Positions 51,401 to 63,553 of a stretch of DNA of 64,000 bases are shown in pieces. This DNA is from Octopus bimaculoides. Taxonomy: Eukaryota. Below the pieces are notes generated by a model that was given only the letters and a program-made list of their open reading frames with translations, searched no databases and was not told where the DNA came from. Numbering within the stretch: the first letter of the stretch is position 1; each line of letters opens with the position of its first letter. The stretch lies in NCBI RefSeq assembly GCF_001194135.2, contig NC_068985.1:65185966-65249965 (forward strand), read 5' to 3'. The position numbers and the translations under genes are program-made.

Positions 51401-52975
51401 GTCTATTGAGACTAATTCTCAATAATATGGAACCACTAGAATATGCCATGATAGCTGCACTGCAGCCAGAAAATGAAATAAAAAGTATTATGACTAATGT
51501 TATCCAAGAACTGCCAGTGACTGCACAGGATATAAGAATGAAATCTGTAGGCAATGAGTATATTACAAAAATAAAGCAGAATAAAAACACAAACTCGATT
51601 AGTTTCTCAATACGTGACGATATTCTGATGTATGTGCAAAGAATTGTAGTAGCAACTACATTACAAAAACGTATATTGCAGCAATTCCACAGCAGAGACC
51701 TGGGAATGTCGAGGATGAAAGTTCTGATGAGGAGCTACATCTATTGGCCGACTATGGACCGGGACATCGAAAAGTTGGTGAGAACTTATTGAGGTTGTGC
51801 GATCACGGCCAAAGCCCTGCCGGTAAAATATGGCTGGAGACTGAGGACCCATGGTCTAGGTTACATGTAGACTATGCCAGACAGGAAAACAGTGCTTGCT
51901 ATCTAATCATGGTAGTCAGCTGTACAAAGTGGCCTAAAGTATGCAAGTGCAATAAACCAACTGCTAAGAAAACAATAAAGTTCCTATTTGGATTGTTTGC
52001 ATGATACGGTGTTCTGGACATGTTAGATTTTGATAATGGAACACAGTTCTCGGGATGTGAATTTAAGAACTTCTGTAAAATGCATGCGATAATGTATATT
52101 TTCACGCCACCCTACTACCCAAGGTCAAATGGGCAGGTAGAAAGATTCATGGACACGTTCAAAAGAGCATTAAGAAAAGCTAGGAATGAATTAAGTAACA
52201 ACAAAACACTAACAAAATTATTAAGGGTATATAGAGTAACCCCCAATCCAAGTACAAATTCAGGAAAGTCATCTGCAAAGCTGATGTTTGCAAGAAGAAT
52301 AAACTCGATTTTTGATAAGTTATTAACAGAGAAAAAGGATGTAAAGGAAATATGAAAGATGCAATAAAATATTTCTAAGTAGGAGATAAAGTGCATTTTA
52401 AAACCTACAGAAATGGTAAAGAAGGTAAAGAGGATGGCCTTCTAACAAAAATAAATAGGAAGTATGATGTATCTAATTAAAGGATAATGCTGGGAACATA
52501 AGAGACACATAAATCAGCTAAAGAAGAGACATACCAAAGAACAGAGAGAAATTCCTATGGAAGTATTCTTTGATGTATTCGATGTCCCAGTACCAAAAGT
52601 AATGGAGTCCCATAGAAACAGCATGAGAAAACAGAAGCAGACCGAACACCTTGAGATAAGCCCCAAGCAAAAAAGTTGCTAAAAGATAATAATAATAAAT
52701 AAAATAACTTTATTTCTTTGGAACTCGTAGTCTCAAAAGGGGAGATGTTGTGGCAAGAATACGACATTCTCCAACGAGAATAGACGGGACTACTACATAT
52801 AAATAGTAGTGGTCTGATGTAGTTGGCTGTTTGTAGTTTGGTCTTTGAAGTCTAGATACAGTTTACAGTTCGAGTTAGTGTGTTGGAAATATTGATTGTT
52901 AGTTTGTAAAAGATTGTTGGTTCGTTACATGTTTGCTGCTGCTGCTGTTTCTATTTTGTATTGTTATAACACTGT
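48417..52975 (+). mobile_element. Ty3/gypsy LTR element F (K02A2.6-like): 5' LTR 48417-~48699, 3' LTR from 52746 interrupted by R4 fragment
   Basis: PBS TGGTGACGAGGAT 48702-48714; PPT aaaaggggaga 52735-52745; gag, LDTGSD, YLDD, DAS, integrase FDNGTQF / SNGQVERF; the two LTRs are clearly diverged. Confidence 0.92.
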
Positions 52976-53232
52976 AAAACCAAAAAGGAGAAAGCTAATT
53001 CAAAGACTACAGATCCAATCCGTCACTGAAACTGTAAAAATCTGTAAAACTCTTCCAGAAGTTTATTATTTAAATATATATGAGCATGTCTAGATATGCA
53101 ACTATATACATGAGAATACATACAAACAAAAATACCCTGTTGTTGATGTTGAAATTCCAATGAAGGAGTTTGGATCTGGGTTAGAAACTGGTTCTTTCTC
53201 TATTGGCAACAAAATTTGAAATAAACTGAATA
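52976..53232 (+). mobile_element. R4/Dong-type element, 5'-truncated 3' end
   Basis: Aligns by eye to 24465-24761 (RRKLIQRLQIQSVTETVKICK; same 3' UTR). Confidence 0.88.
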
Positions 53233-53562
53233 ATGATATACATACATATTTCACTTAGGCATTGCGAAACTAATAACCTGGTGAAGAAGTCAATATACAT
53301 ATGCTTCAGAAGAAAGCATTAGTCAAGTACAGAGTAGTAATAAGAAAATGAGATGACAAATGAATAAATGATTATCTTATGAACTTCATTAGCTCATAGT
53401 TGTTTCTATTTAAGTTGCAGTGGACTCATAGTTGAGTGCCTGAGTAACATCATATAGCTTCATCAGAGCCTTGAATATGATGTGCAATCTATTTGAGACA
53501 AAGAGTTACATTTATGCATGCATATATATATATTTAGACATACATATATCATTCAACCACAG

Positions 53563-56500
53563 CACAACTGATGCTTCTTAGGTCTAACTTTTCTCTCAAG
53601 GTACTTACATTCTGTCGAATATGTACACTGATATTACACATCCATCGGAGCATACTGGCTTCGTTTCTTGCGAGNNNNNNNNNNNNNNNNNNNNNNNNNN
53701 NNNNNNNNNNNNNNNNNNNNNNNNNNNNNNNNNNNNNNNNNNNNNNNNNNNNNNNNNNNNNNNCGTATGCATGTCCTCAGCAGTCACGGCCCATGTTTCA
53801 CTGGCATGTAGCATGGCTGTTTGTACACATGCATCATACAGTTTGCCTTTTACTCTGAGTGAGAGGCCCTTTGTCACCAGCAGAGGTAAGAGCTATCTGA
53901 TCTTTGCCCAGCCTATTCTTATTCTAGCAGCTACACTTTCAGCGCACCTTCCCCCACTACTAATTTGGTCACCTAGATAGCAGAAGCTATCAACTACTTC
54001 TAGTTTTTCTCCCTGGAATGTGGCAAAGGTTGTTTTCTGCACATTTTCAGTGTTTATTGCTCCTGAGCATCTGCAACATACAAAAACTATCTTGCTAGTT
54101 AGCCTTCCTTTGATATTGCTGCACCTCTTATGTGTCCATAGCTTACACTGGGTACATCTTATGGAGTTTCTATCTACACCTTTTCTACAGATCAAGCAGG
54201 GCCATCTACCTGAAGGGGTTTGTGTTTTGTCTACCTTCCTGTTTATTAGGACTTTGGTTTTAGCTAGGTTGACTCTAAAGCCCTTCAATTCTATTCCTTG
54301 CTTCCATACCTGAAACTTCTCCTCTAGTTCTGATAGTAACTCAGCAATTAGTGCAAGATCATCAGCATAGAGGAGCTCCCAGTGGCATCCTGTCTTGAAC
54401 TCCTGTGTTATTGCCTGGAGGACTATGATAAATAGGAAGGTGCCGAGGACTGAACCTTGGTGGACCCCTACCTCTACCCAGAATTCTTCACTGTACTCGT
54501 TGCCAACCCCCACCTTACTGACAGCGTCTCTATGCATGGCTTGCACAGCTTTCACTAACCATTCATCTATCCTTAGTTTCCTCATTGACCACCAGATAAG
54601 GAATTGGGGGACCCTGTCAAAGGCTTTCTCCATGTCAATGAAAAGCCAGGTACAGAGGTTTATCTTTCACTAGGTATTTCTCGTGCAGCTGTCTTACCAG
54701 AAATATAGCATCAGTGGTGCTTTTCCCTGGCATGAACCCAAACTAGATCTCATCTAAACTGACTCTCTCCCTAATTAGTTGGGCTATGACCCTCTCCGTG
54801 ATTTTCATTACCTGATCCAACAACTTGATACCTCTGTAATTATTCATATCTAAAGCGTCACCTTTACCTTTGTAGCAGTTGACTATGGTGCTGCTACACC
54901 AGTCATTGGGTATGACTCCTTCGTGTATCACCTGGTTAACAATACGGGTGACTAGGCTATAGCCGACACTGCCAGATATTTTGAGCATCTNNNNNNNNNN
55001 NNNNNNNNNNNNNNNNNNNNNNNNNNNNNNNNNNNNNNNNNNNNNNNNNNNNNNNNNNNNNNNNNNNNNNNNNNNNNNNNNNNNNNNNNNNNNNNNNNNN
55101 NNNNNNNNNNNNNNNNNNNNNNNNNNNNNNNNNNNNNNNNNNNNNNNNNNNNNNNNNNNNNNNNNNNNNNNNNNNNNNNNNNNNNNNNNNNNNNNNNNNN
55201 NNNNNNNNNNNNNNNNNNNNNNNNNNNNNNNNNNNNNNNNNNNNNNNNNNNNNNNNNNNNNNNNNNNNNNNNNNNNNNNNNNNNNNNNNNNNNNNNNNNN
55301 NNNNNNNNNNNNNNNNNNNNNNNNNNNNNNNNNNNNNNNNNNNNNNNNNNNNNNNNNNNNNNNNNNNNNNNNNNNNNNNNNNNNNNNNNNNNNNNNNNNN
55401 NNNNNNNNNNNNNNNNNNNNNNNNNNNNNNNNNNNNNNNNNNNNNNNNNNNNNNNNNNNNNNNNNNNNNNNNNNNNNNNNNNNNNNNNNNNNNNNNNNNN
55501 NNNNNNNNNNNNNNNNNNNNNNNNNNNNNNNNNNNNNNNNNNNNNNNNNNNNNNNNNNNNNNNNNNNNNNNNNNNNNNNNNNNNNNNNNNNNNNNNNNNN
55601 NNNNNNNNNNNNNNNNNNNNNNNNNNNNNNNNNNNNNNNNNNNNNNNNNNNNNNNNNNNNNNNNNNNNNNNNNNNNNNNNNNNAGGGACACTCAGCAGGT
55701 TGTCCCGTAGAAACCTCCAGTTGTCTTCTACATCGTGTGAAGCTATATCCCCTTCTATTTCATCAAAGGCTTCAAGTAATATGTCTCTAAATCTCTGTCC
55801 ATTCATGGGATCTTTAAGCTTCCAGACCCTTCTCCTCTATGCTGGTTGTCTTCTGGGCAACCACTTAGCCTTGATCCTGAAGTTACCAACTACTAGTCTA
55901 TGTTGTGGGGTACATTCTTCGCCTGGGAAGGTTTTGGCATTTATAAGCAGCCATCTTTCCCTCTTTCTGGTGAGGATATAGTCAATTTAGTTAATGTGTC
56001 TGCCAGAACAGTAGGTGACTAGATGACTGGCAGGTTTCCTGAAGTTTGTATTGCAAACCATAAGGTTATTTGCATTGCAGAACTCCAGCAACCTGGTTCC
56101 TTCCTCATTGCGGGAACCAAAACCATAGCCTCCATGTACGCCATGGAAGCTCCCTGTATGTTGTCCAACATGTCCATTGAAGTCACCAGCCACAAAGAGA
56201 AGGCCCCTGTCATGTGTCAACAAGGTAGTCTGCAAGAAGATGTCATAAAATTGGTCTTTCTGTCCATCGGGTAGCCCCGGCTGAGGAGCATAGGCCGAGA
56301 TAATGGTTGCTAACCCATGATGAAGGACTAATCTAATCTTAAGTATTCTATCGTATACTATGACTATCTTGATTACCTTATCCACCCATTTCTCCAAAAG
56401 AAGTATACCCACACCCCAACCCCATCTGTGTTCCCTGCCCAGAAAATCTTGTACCTGTGTTCTTTGCCTGTGAGGAACCTAGCGGAACCTCCTCTCCACC

Positions 56501-56690
56501 TTGGAAGCAGCAGATATCGACACATCTCCTTTCAAGCATCTCAACAATCTCACCAGACCTACCTCAGACCTACCTTTCAGTGTGCCGACATTGAGAGTGC
56601 CAACCCTGAGGGTGTGGGAGGTATCAGCCCGTGGGACGGGGGACAGCAGTGTCATGTACCTGAAAAGAAAGCTCGCATTTGGCAAAATTC
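53563..56690 (-). mobile_element. RTE LINE, near full length including ORF start, 3' tail missing, with gaps
   Basis: LRVGTLNVGTLKGRS, IISAYAPQ, VAGDFNGH, YRGIKLL, EKAFDRVP, GVHQGSVL, LLYADDL. Confidence 0.95.
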
Positions 56691-57769
56691 ATAAACAAGC
56701 AGTAGCCTTCAATTCAACCTGNNNNNNNNNNNNNNNNNNNNNNNNNNNNNNNNNNNNNNNNNNNNNNNNNNNNNNNNNNNNNNNNNNNNNNNNNNNNNNN
56801 NNNNNNNNNNNNNNNNNNNNNNNNNNNNNNNNNNNNNNNNNNNNNNNNNNNNNNNNNNNNNNNNNNNNNNNNNNNNNNNNNNNNNNNNNNNNNNNNNNNN
56901 NNNNNNNNNNNNNNNNNNNNNNNNNNNNNNNNNNNNNNNNNNNNNNNNNNNNNNNNNNNNNNNNNNNNNNNNNNNNNNNNNNNNNNNNNNNNNNNNNNNN
57001 NNNNNNNNNNNNNNNNNNNNNNNNNNNNNNNNNNNNNNNNNNNNNNNNNNNNNNNNNNNNNNNNNNNNNNNNNNNNNNNNNNNNNNNNNNNNNNNNNNNN
57101 NNNNNNNNNNNNNNNNNNNNNNNNNNNNNNNNNNNNNNNNNNNNNNNNNNNNNNNNNNNNNNNNNNNNNNNNNNNNNNNNNNNNNNNNNNNNNNNNNNNN
57201 NNNNNNNNNNNNNNNNNNNNNNNNNNNNNNNNNNNNNNNNNNNNNNNNNNNNNNNNNNNNNNNNNNNNNNNNNNNNNNNNNNNNNNNNNNNNNNNNNNNN
57301 NNNNNNNNNNNNNNNNNNNNNNNNNNNNNNNNNNNNNNNNNNNNNNNNNNNNNNNNNNNNNNNNNNNNNNNNNNNNNNNNNNNNNNNNNNNNNNNNNNNN
57401 NNNNNNNNNNNNNNNNNNNNNNNNNNNNNNNNNNNNNNNNNNNNNNNNNNNNNNNNNNNNNNNNNNNNNNNNNNNNNNNNNNNNNNNNNNNNNNNNNNNN
57501 NNNNNNNNNNNNNNNNNNNNNNNNNNNNNNNNNNNNNNNNNNNNNNNNNNNNNNNNNNNNNNNNNNNNNNNNNNNNNNNNNNNNNNNNNNNNNNNNNNNN
57601 NNNNNNNNNNNNNNNNNNNNNNNNNNNNNNNNNNNNNNNNNNNNNNNNNNNNNNNNNNNNNNNNNNNNNNNNNNNNNNNNNNNNNNNNNNNNAACTTCCA
57701 ATACTGGTAGAATACGTCACATAGAACAGGATTTATTCTTAATATTTTGGACAAAATTTTGTATTTTAG

Positions 57770-57850
57770 AAGTGGTATTTTGTCCATCTTTACGTTCTGA
57801 GTCCAAATTCCACCGAGGTCAACTTTGCCTTTCATCTATTTTGGATCTAT
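57770..57850 (+). mobile_element. SINE head fragment (same family as 43157-43387)
   Basis: ggtatttt gtccatctttacgttctgagtccaaattccaccgaggtcaactttgcctttcatc. Confidence 0.75.
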
Positions 57851-58119
57851 TCAATTAGACATACAGAATATGTAATTAATTTTTTTTAACTAAACACTGT
57901 CAAACTTCCAATACTGGTAGAATGTATCACATAGAACAGGGTTTACTCTTAATGTTTTTGACAAAATTTTGTACTTTAGAAGTTATTTCGTCAGAAGTTA
58001 GAGAGTGACAATGGACAAATTCGTGTTTGATAAGTGCCAAAACACAAAACTCTCAGCTTTTGACTTACTCTCTAACTTCTGCCAATGATATATATATACA
58101 TATCACATATATGTGTAAA

Positions 58120-58325
58120 AAAATCTCATCACGCAATCGAACCAATGAAAGAGCCTCTACCTGGTCGCTCAACACACTAAAAATAGCAGCCAAAGTATCC
58201 CCCTACCTAAATCACATGCCCATTGTATGTAATGTCCTAGATCATCCCTAAAAAGACGGTTTGCTGAAGGCTGGAATGTCTTTGATGATAGGTTTGCAAT
58301 ATCAGGGTTGATTTGAAGCTAAACA
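58120..58325 (+). mobile_element. SINE-like 3' fragment
   Basis: ccaatgaaagagcctctacctggtcgctcaac...ggctggaatgtctttgat...gctaaac resembles a recalled octopus short repeat; unverified. Confidence 0.5.
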
Positions 58326-58983
58326 TTATGGTCAATTTCTATATTAACACCCGCACAATTTTCATTAAGAAAAAAAAAATGATTTTTTGCATGGAATCAA
58401 GTACCCTGACCACCTAATATGCTGCAAATCCCTTATTTTGGTTCGGATAAAATGAGGTGGGGTGCCCCCATCCCAATCTCGGAATCATTGGAATTTTTTT
58501 TTGTTCGTTGAATGAATTCCTGTGACCTAATATTTAGGTTACTTAAGGTGAGCCTGGTAACTGATGGTTTTGGGGTCTTGTTGTTTGTAACTTTTGGTGA
58601 GCCATAGTGCAACCAACAATATGGTAAAAATCCCTACCATTAATTTGGTGTGGATGGGTAATGTCAAATAATTCAATCACAACATATATTTAAATTAAGC
58701 ATGAAAAAAAATTGAAATATTATCATCACTTACATGGAAAAATTGAAATATTATCATTCAGTATTTTATAAGGTCAAATCTTAAATTATTGACACATTAT
58801 TAATTATCTTATAATAGCAATGCCTGGAAAAATCATGGATTACATGGAAAAATGCAAGCATGAAAAGTAATATTCTTAAAATTATAAACCTGGAAAAGTA
58901 CAGAGCAAGTTATTACACCTGTAAAAGTATAGGACAAGCTATTACTTCTAGTAAAGTAAAGAATAAGAAACATTTTACTTAAA

Positions 58984-60612
58984 GTATTGCAGCTAAAATT
59001 AAAATTTGAATATTAAAAATTATTTTATTATAGNNNNNNNNNNNNNNNNNNNNNNNNNNNNNNNNNNNNNNNNNNNNNNNNNNNNNNNNNNNNNNNNNNN
59101 NNNNNNNNNNNNNNNNNNNNNNNNNNNNNNNNNNNNNNNNNNNNNNNNNNNNNNNNNNNNNNNNNNNNNNNNNNNNNNNNNNNNNNNNNNNNNNNNNNNN
59201 NNNNNNNNNNNNNNNNNNNNNNNNNNNNNNNNNNNNNNNNNNNNNNNNNNNNNNNNNNNNNNNNNNNNNNNNNNNNNNNNNNNNNNNNNNNNNNNNNNNN
59301 NNNNNNNNNNNNNNNNNNNNNNNNNNNNNNNNNNNNNNNNNNNNNNNNNNNNNNNNNNNNNNNNNNNNNNNNNNNNNNNNNNNNNNNNNNNNNNNNNNNN
59401 NNNNNNGCCATGCGTTTGAATGGCTTCCTTGGTCATAATGGCAATATGAGGGCAGGCGTTGTCGTGCAGCAGAAGAACTCCATGCTGCCGATTTGGTCTT
59501 TTCTCTTGAATAGCTGTGTTGAGTCGTTCCATCTGTTGAACATAGAGTTCCGCATTGACCGTTTGGTTCCATTCAAGCAATTCGTAATGGATAATCCCTT
59601 CCCAGTCCCACCATACGCACAACATCGTTTTACGCGGATGAAGATCTTATTTCATATGCGGTGTCGCTTGTTTACTGGGGCTAAGCCATTCCTTATGCCA
59701 CTTCTTATTGATGTACTGGCACCATTTCTCATCGCCAGTAATGATTTGGTAAAGAAATCATTGCTTGTGTCCATGAGTTGAGTGGTGACGAGCAAGCAAA
59801 CCAGCAGAGATTGTGGCTCGTTGATTTTTATTGTTGTCACTTAAAGCATGTGGAACCCATGCTCTATACTTCTGAACCTTTCCCATCGAGTGAAGATGCT
59901 TCTCTATAGCAGGGTGGGAGCATTCCNNNNNNNNNNNNNNNNNNNNNNNNNNNNNNNNNNNNNNNNNNNNNNNNNNNNNNNNNNNNNNNNNNNNNNNNNN
60001 NNNNNNNNNNNNNNNNNNNNNNNNNNNNNNNNNNNNNNNNNNNNNNNNNNNNNNNNNNNNNNNNNNNNNNNNNNNNNNNNNNNNNNNNNNNNNNNNNNNN
60101 NNNNNNNNNNNNNNNNNNNNNNNNNNNNNNNNNNNNNNNNNNNNNNNNNNNNNNNNNNNNNNNNNNNNNNNNNNNNNNNNNNNNNNNNNNNNNNNNNNNN
60201 NNNNNNNNNNNNNNNNNNNNNNNNNNNNNNNNNNNNNNNNNNNNNNNNNNNNNNNNNNNNNNNNNNNNNNNNNNNNNNNNNNNNNNNNNNNNNNNNNNNN
60301 NNNNNNNNNNNNNNNNNNNNNNNNNNNNNNNNNNNNNNNNNNNNNNNNNNNNNNNNNNNNNNNNNNNNNNNNNNNNNNNNNNNNNNNNNNNNNNNNNNNN
60401 NNNNNNNNNNNNNNNNNNNNNNNNNNNNNNNNNNNNNNNNNNNNNNNNNNNNNNNNNNNNNNNNNNNNNNNNNNNNNNNNNNNNNNNNNNNNNNNNNNNN
60501 NNNNNNNNNNNNNNNAAAAACAGATTCCAAAATGATTCAAAAATAGAATTCTCGAAAAATATAGATTCCAAAATTAAAAAAACGGCGGGAACTTAGTTGC
60601 CAACCCAATATA
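58984..60612 (-). mobile_element. Mariner transposon (second family), decayed, with gaps
   Basis: 5' TIR TATTGGGTTGGCAACTAAG at ~60594-60612; AWVPHAL, ITGDEKW, MLCVWWDWEGIIHYELL, LLHDNA; eroded 3' TIR near 58984. Confidence 0.92.
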
Positions 60613-60646
60613 TAACTCATACATATACATATATCTATATACAACT

Positions 60647-60713
<67 letters not shown>

Positions 60714-60789
60714 GTCGGACTGGCCCTCGTGCCAGTGGCATGTAAAAAGCACCCACTATACTCTCGGAGTGGTTGGTGTTAGAAAGGGT

Positions 60790-62680
60790 TCTGCCAATCA
60801 GTGTTGACCTTTCTCTTATCATCCAACAGTGCCTGTACAGCCTTATCATTGTCATCAAACCAGTCCTGATGAAGCTTTTCTTTTAAGCCTAGAACTGTTT
60901 TGGCTGTCTCTGTGATGACTTCTTTGAACTAATTCCATTTTTCTTCTGGTCAACCAGTCAGTGGTCCTATTGCCTTGAATTTGTCATTAAAGTTGGACTA
61001 GAACTCCTGCTGGTATTTGATTGAAAGGACTGGCTGTGTTGAAGGCTGGTCTAATGGGCTTTGAGCACTTGTGGTACTGGGGAACAATGTAGATATTGAG
61101 CTTGGCTCTTATGAGTCCGTGGTCCATCCAGCACTCCGATCCCCACATTGCCTTGGTGATGAGGACATCATTGCTATCACCCTGGTGGGTGATAATGTAT
61201 ATAATGAAAGGAAGATGCCATTGTTTTGAGTGCGGATACATCCATGATGTCTTATACTTATCAGCCTGTAATCAACAGGTTGTGCTCAACACATTTGCTC
61301 AAGACCATTGCTATTCATCTTTTCAACTCCGTGCTTCTCTATAACTCCTCTCCATCACTCCTCATCCCTATCGACAGTGGTGTTGAAGTTGCCTAATATT
61401 ACAAGCTTGTTGGTAGCAGGTGTGTCATGTAGCACAGTGTCTAAGTCAGCATAGAACTGCTCTCTGATCTTTTCTGTGTATGTCACTGTAGGAGCTTACA
61501 TGCACATAATGGTAATGAAGCGTTTGTCACTGACAGGGAGACAAAGTTTCATAAGCCTTTCATTTACACCAGTAGGAAGGCTGGGAATCTGTTTCTAGAG
61601 TGTGGACTTGATGGTGAATTCAGCTCCGTGTATTCTGTCTTCATGTAAGGCTGTGCCTTTCCAGAAGAAAATGTAGCCACTGCCTGATTCTGTCAGTGAC
61701 CCTTCCTCAGTCAGCTGAGTTTCACCAACTGCTGCTATGTCTATATTGTATCTTGACAATTATTTGGCAATGAGAGTTGTTCTTCACTGAGGTCTAGCAA
61801 TGTTGTCTAGAGCCATGAGGGTACATATGTTCCATGTATCAATGATTAGATTATTTTTTTCTCAGTTTGAATTGACCACAAATGGGTAATTCTGTCAGCC
61901 ACAGTTAGCTAACCAGAACTGTTTAGGACAAGCTTTCTTTAGGCCACCTTTTCTAAGCCCCTCCTTTACTAGAGTGAGCAGTGCTATCCTAAAAAGGTTG
62001 CCCAATTGCCTGAGATGCTGCTGAAGTTCTCTGCTTTCCAATATGAAGAACAGTGACCACTGGTCCACAGGCAACTTATATGCAAATTTGTAACTTCTAG
62101 TGATTACCTCTACCTGTCCCTCTCACCACTCCCTTATCACTGCAGGACCTGAAATTGACAGTTGGAAGGCTGAGAAGCACAGACACCTGTGTGTGAAGTT
62201 AATTTTAGTGGGAGAGCCATTGCACAAGGACGATTTCACTCTTTCAGTAGAAAGAACCTTGAACCCAGTGGCATGGAGAACCATTACAGCTGGAGACTCT
62301 TCCTACTACAGTGGATAACCAAGATTCCATAGTGTGTTGTTGTACTCTAGGCACTCCACAATGCCTGCCAGTACTACCTTCCTGACTGTTGGACCTCTCT
62401 AGTGGTCTTCTCCACGCAGTCCGCCAGAACTAGTCTTTGACTTGCATGGGTGGACAAGCTCCCATCCCACTGAGGATTTGAGATCCATCAGCTACCCTCA
62501 CCTGATTTAGCCAGCTAGTCAGAGTGGTTTACAAGTGTGGCTGCTGCACATGCTACAGCAACATGGAGCTGCAGGTGAGAGCTGGGTGCCAAGTTGGGAT
62601 CCTAGCCACTCCTAGGGAGTGTGACTAGTTCCACCCACCAGGGGTACTACCACTCTCTGAACGCCTCAAGGGGATATACA
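60790..62680 (-). mobile_element. RTE/BovB-like LINE 5' portion (long 5' UTR + APE), 3'-truncated
   Basis: LIIDTWNICTL...RTTLIAK*LSRYNIDIAAVGETQLTEEGSLTESGSGYIFFWKG; UTR includes ggaggggcttagaaaaggtggcctaaa. Confidence 0.88.
62495..62609 (-). ncRNA. Candidate degenerate HDV-like self-cleaving ribozyme in RTE 5' UTR
   Basis: P2 ctcacctg/caggtgag, P3 cagc/gctg, L3 tccatgtt, P1 gtggcta/tagc-at, P4 cagc/gctg, J4/2 gctaaat; folded by eye. Confidence 0.55.
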
Positions 62681-62851
62681 CACATGCATATATACACATA
62701 CACACACACACACACACCACACATGCACACACACACACCACACATACACACACACATACACACACGCACCACACATACACACACACACATGTATATATGA
62801 ATACAGACAGACTCATAGACACATGTATATAACGAAAGGAGACTATAGGAT

Positions 62852-63553
62852 TGTTGTGATGATAGTCACGACACCCCCTGCAAGAACAGACTTGATTAAA
62901 TGACTATAAATAGTAGTGGTCAGTGTGAGATAAAGAGTGGGCATTAATCGCAGGAAGTCATAAGGCATCATTTTGTTAGTTTGTTGGAATATCATTTGTT
63001 GGTTCATGTATAGTTCATGGAGTGTTTGCAGGATTGTTATATTGTTGTTACCCTGCTTCATTATATATTTCATTGTTACTACACGGTTATCGTGTAAAAA
63101 AGTGTCATCATAAATAGTGGCGATACTACAATACTTGGTGACAAGGATTCAAAGCTCATGCAGGTCAGTTAACAAATTTTTGTGATACAAAGCTGTAAGT
63201 GATGGAAGACCTAGTAGCTTCTATAATACAGTTGCAAAAACTGCAGCAAGAACAGCAACAGGAATTGCAGAAACAATTACTTCAGCAACAAGAAAAACAA
63301 CAATAGTTAATGGAGCTATGTCTTAAGAAGTCCAGAAACACTATCAGTTCATTTTTGCCAGACAGCGTTTCAAACACTATAACAGAATTCAGTTATAACC
63401 CAGAGGAGGGTATAACTTTTGCAGCATATTTTAGAAGGTACGAAGAAATCTTCAGGGAAGATTACAAGTCATGGACGGACAACAAAAAAGTAAGACTATT
63501 ATTACATAAATTGGTGCTGGCTGAACATAAAAAATACTGTAATTTCATACTAC
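62852..63553 (+). mobile_element. Ty3/gypsy element G (K02A2.6-like): 5' LTR, PBS and gag start, interrupted by element H
   Basis: LTR 62852-~63130 with tataaatag; PBS TGGTGACAAGGAT 63136-63148; FSYNPEEGITFAAYFRRYEEIF...YCNFIL. Confidence 0.9.

Noticed and set aside
53250-53290. Possible resumption of F's 3' LTR plus a PBS-like tggtgaagaag
   Set aside because: Similarity too weak to call by eye and no TSD match to 48412-48416.
53420-53500. Peptide-like LHIIFKALMKLYDVTQALNYE after a minus-strand acceptor
   Set aside because: No convincing donor in a compatible phase.
57694-57990. ~85-bp direct repeat (57694 / 57903)
   Set aside because: Looks like a local tandem duplication including a SINE head next to a gap; no sign of function.
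54952-60571. Long ORFs of 200-400 aa in the ORF track
   Set aside because: They are read-through of N gaps (X residues), not genes.
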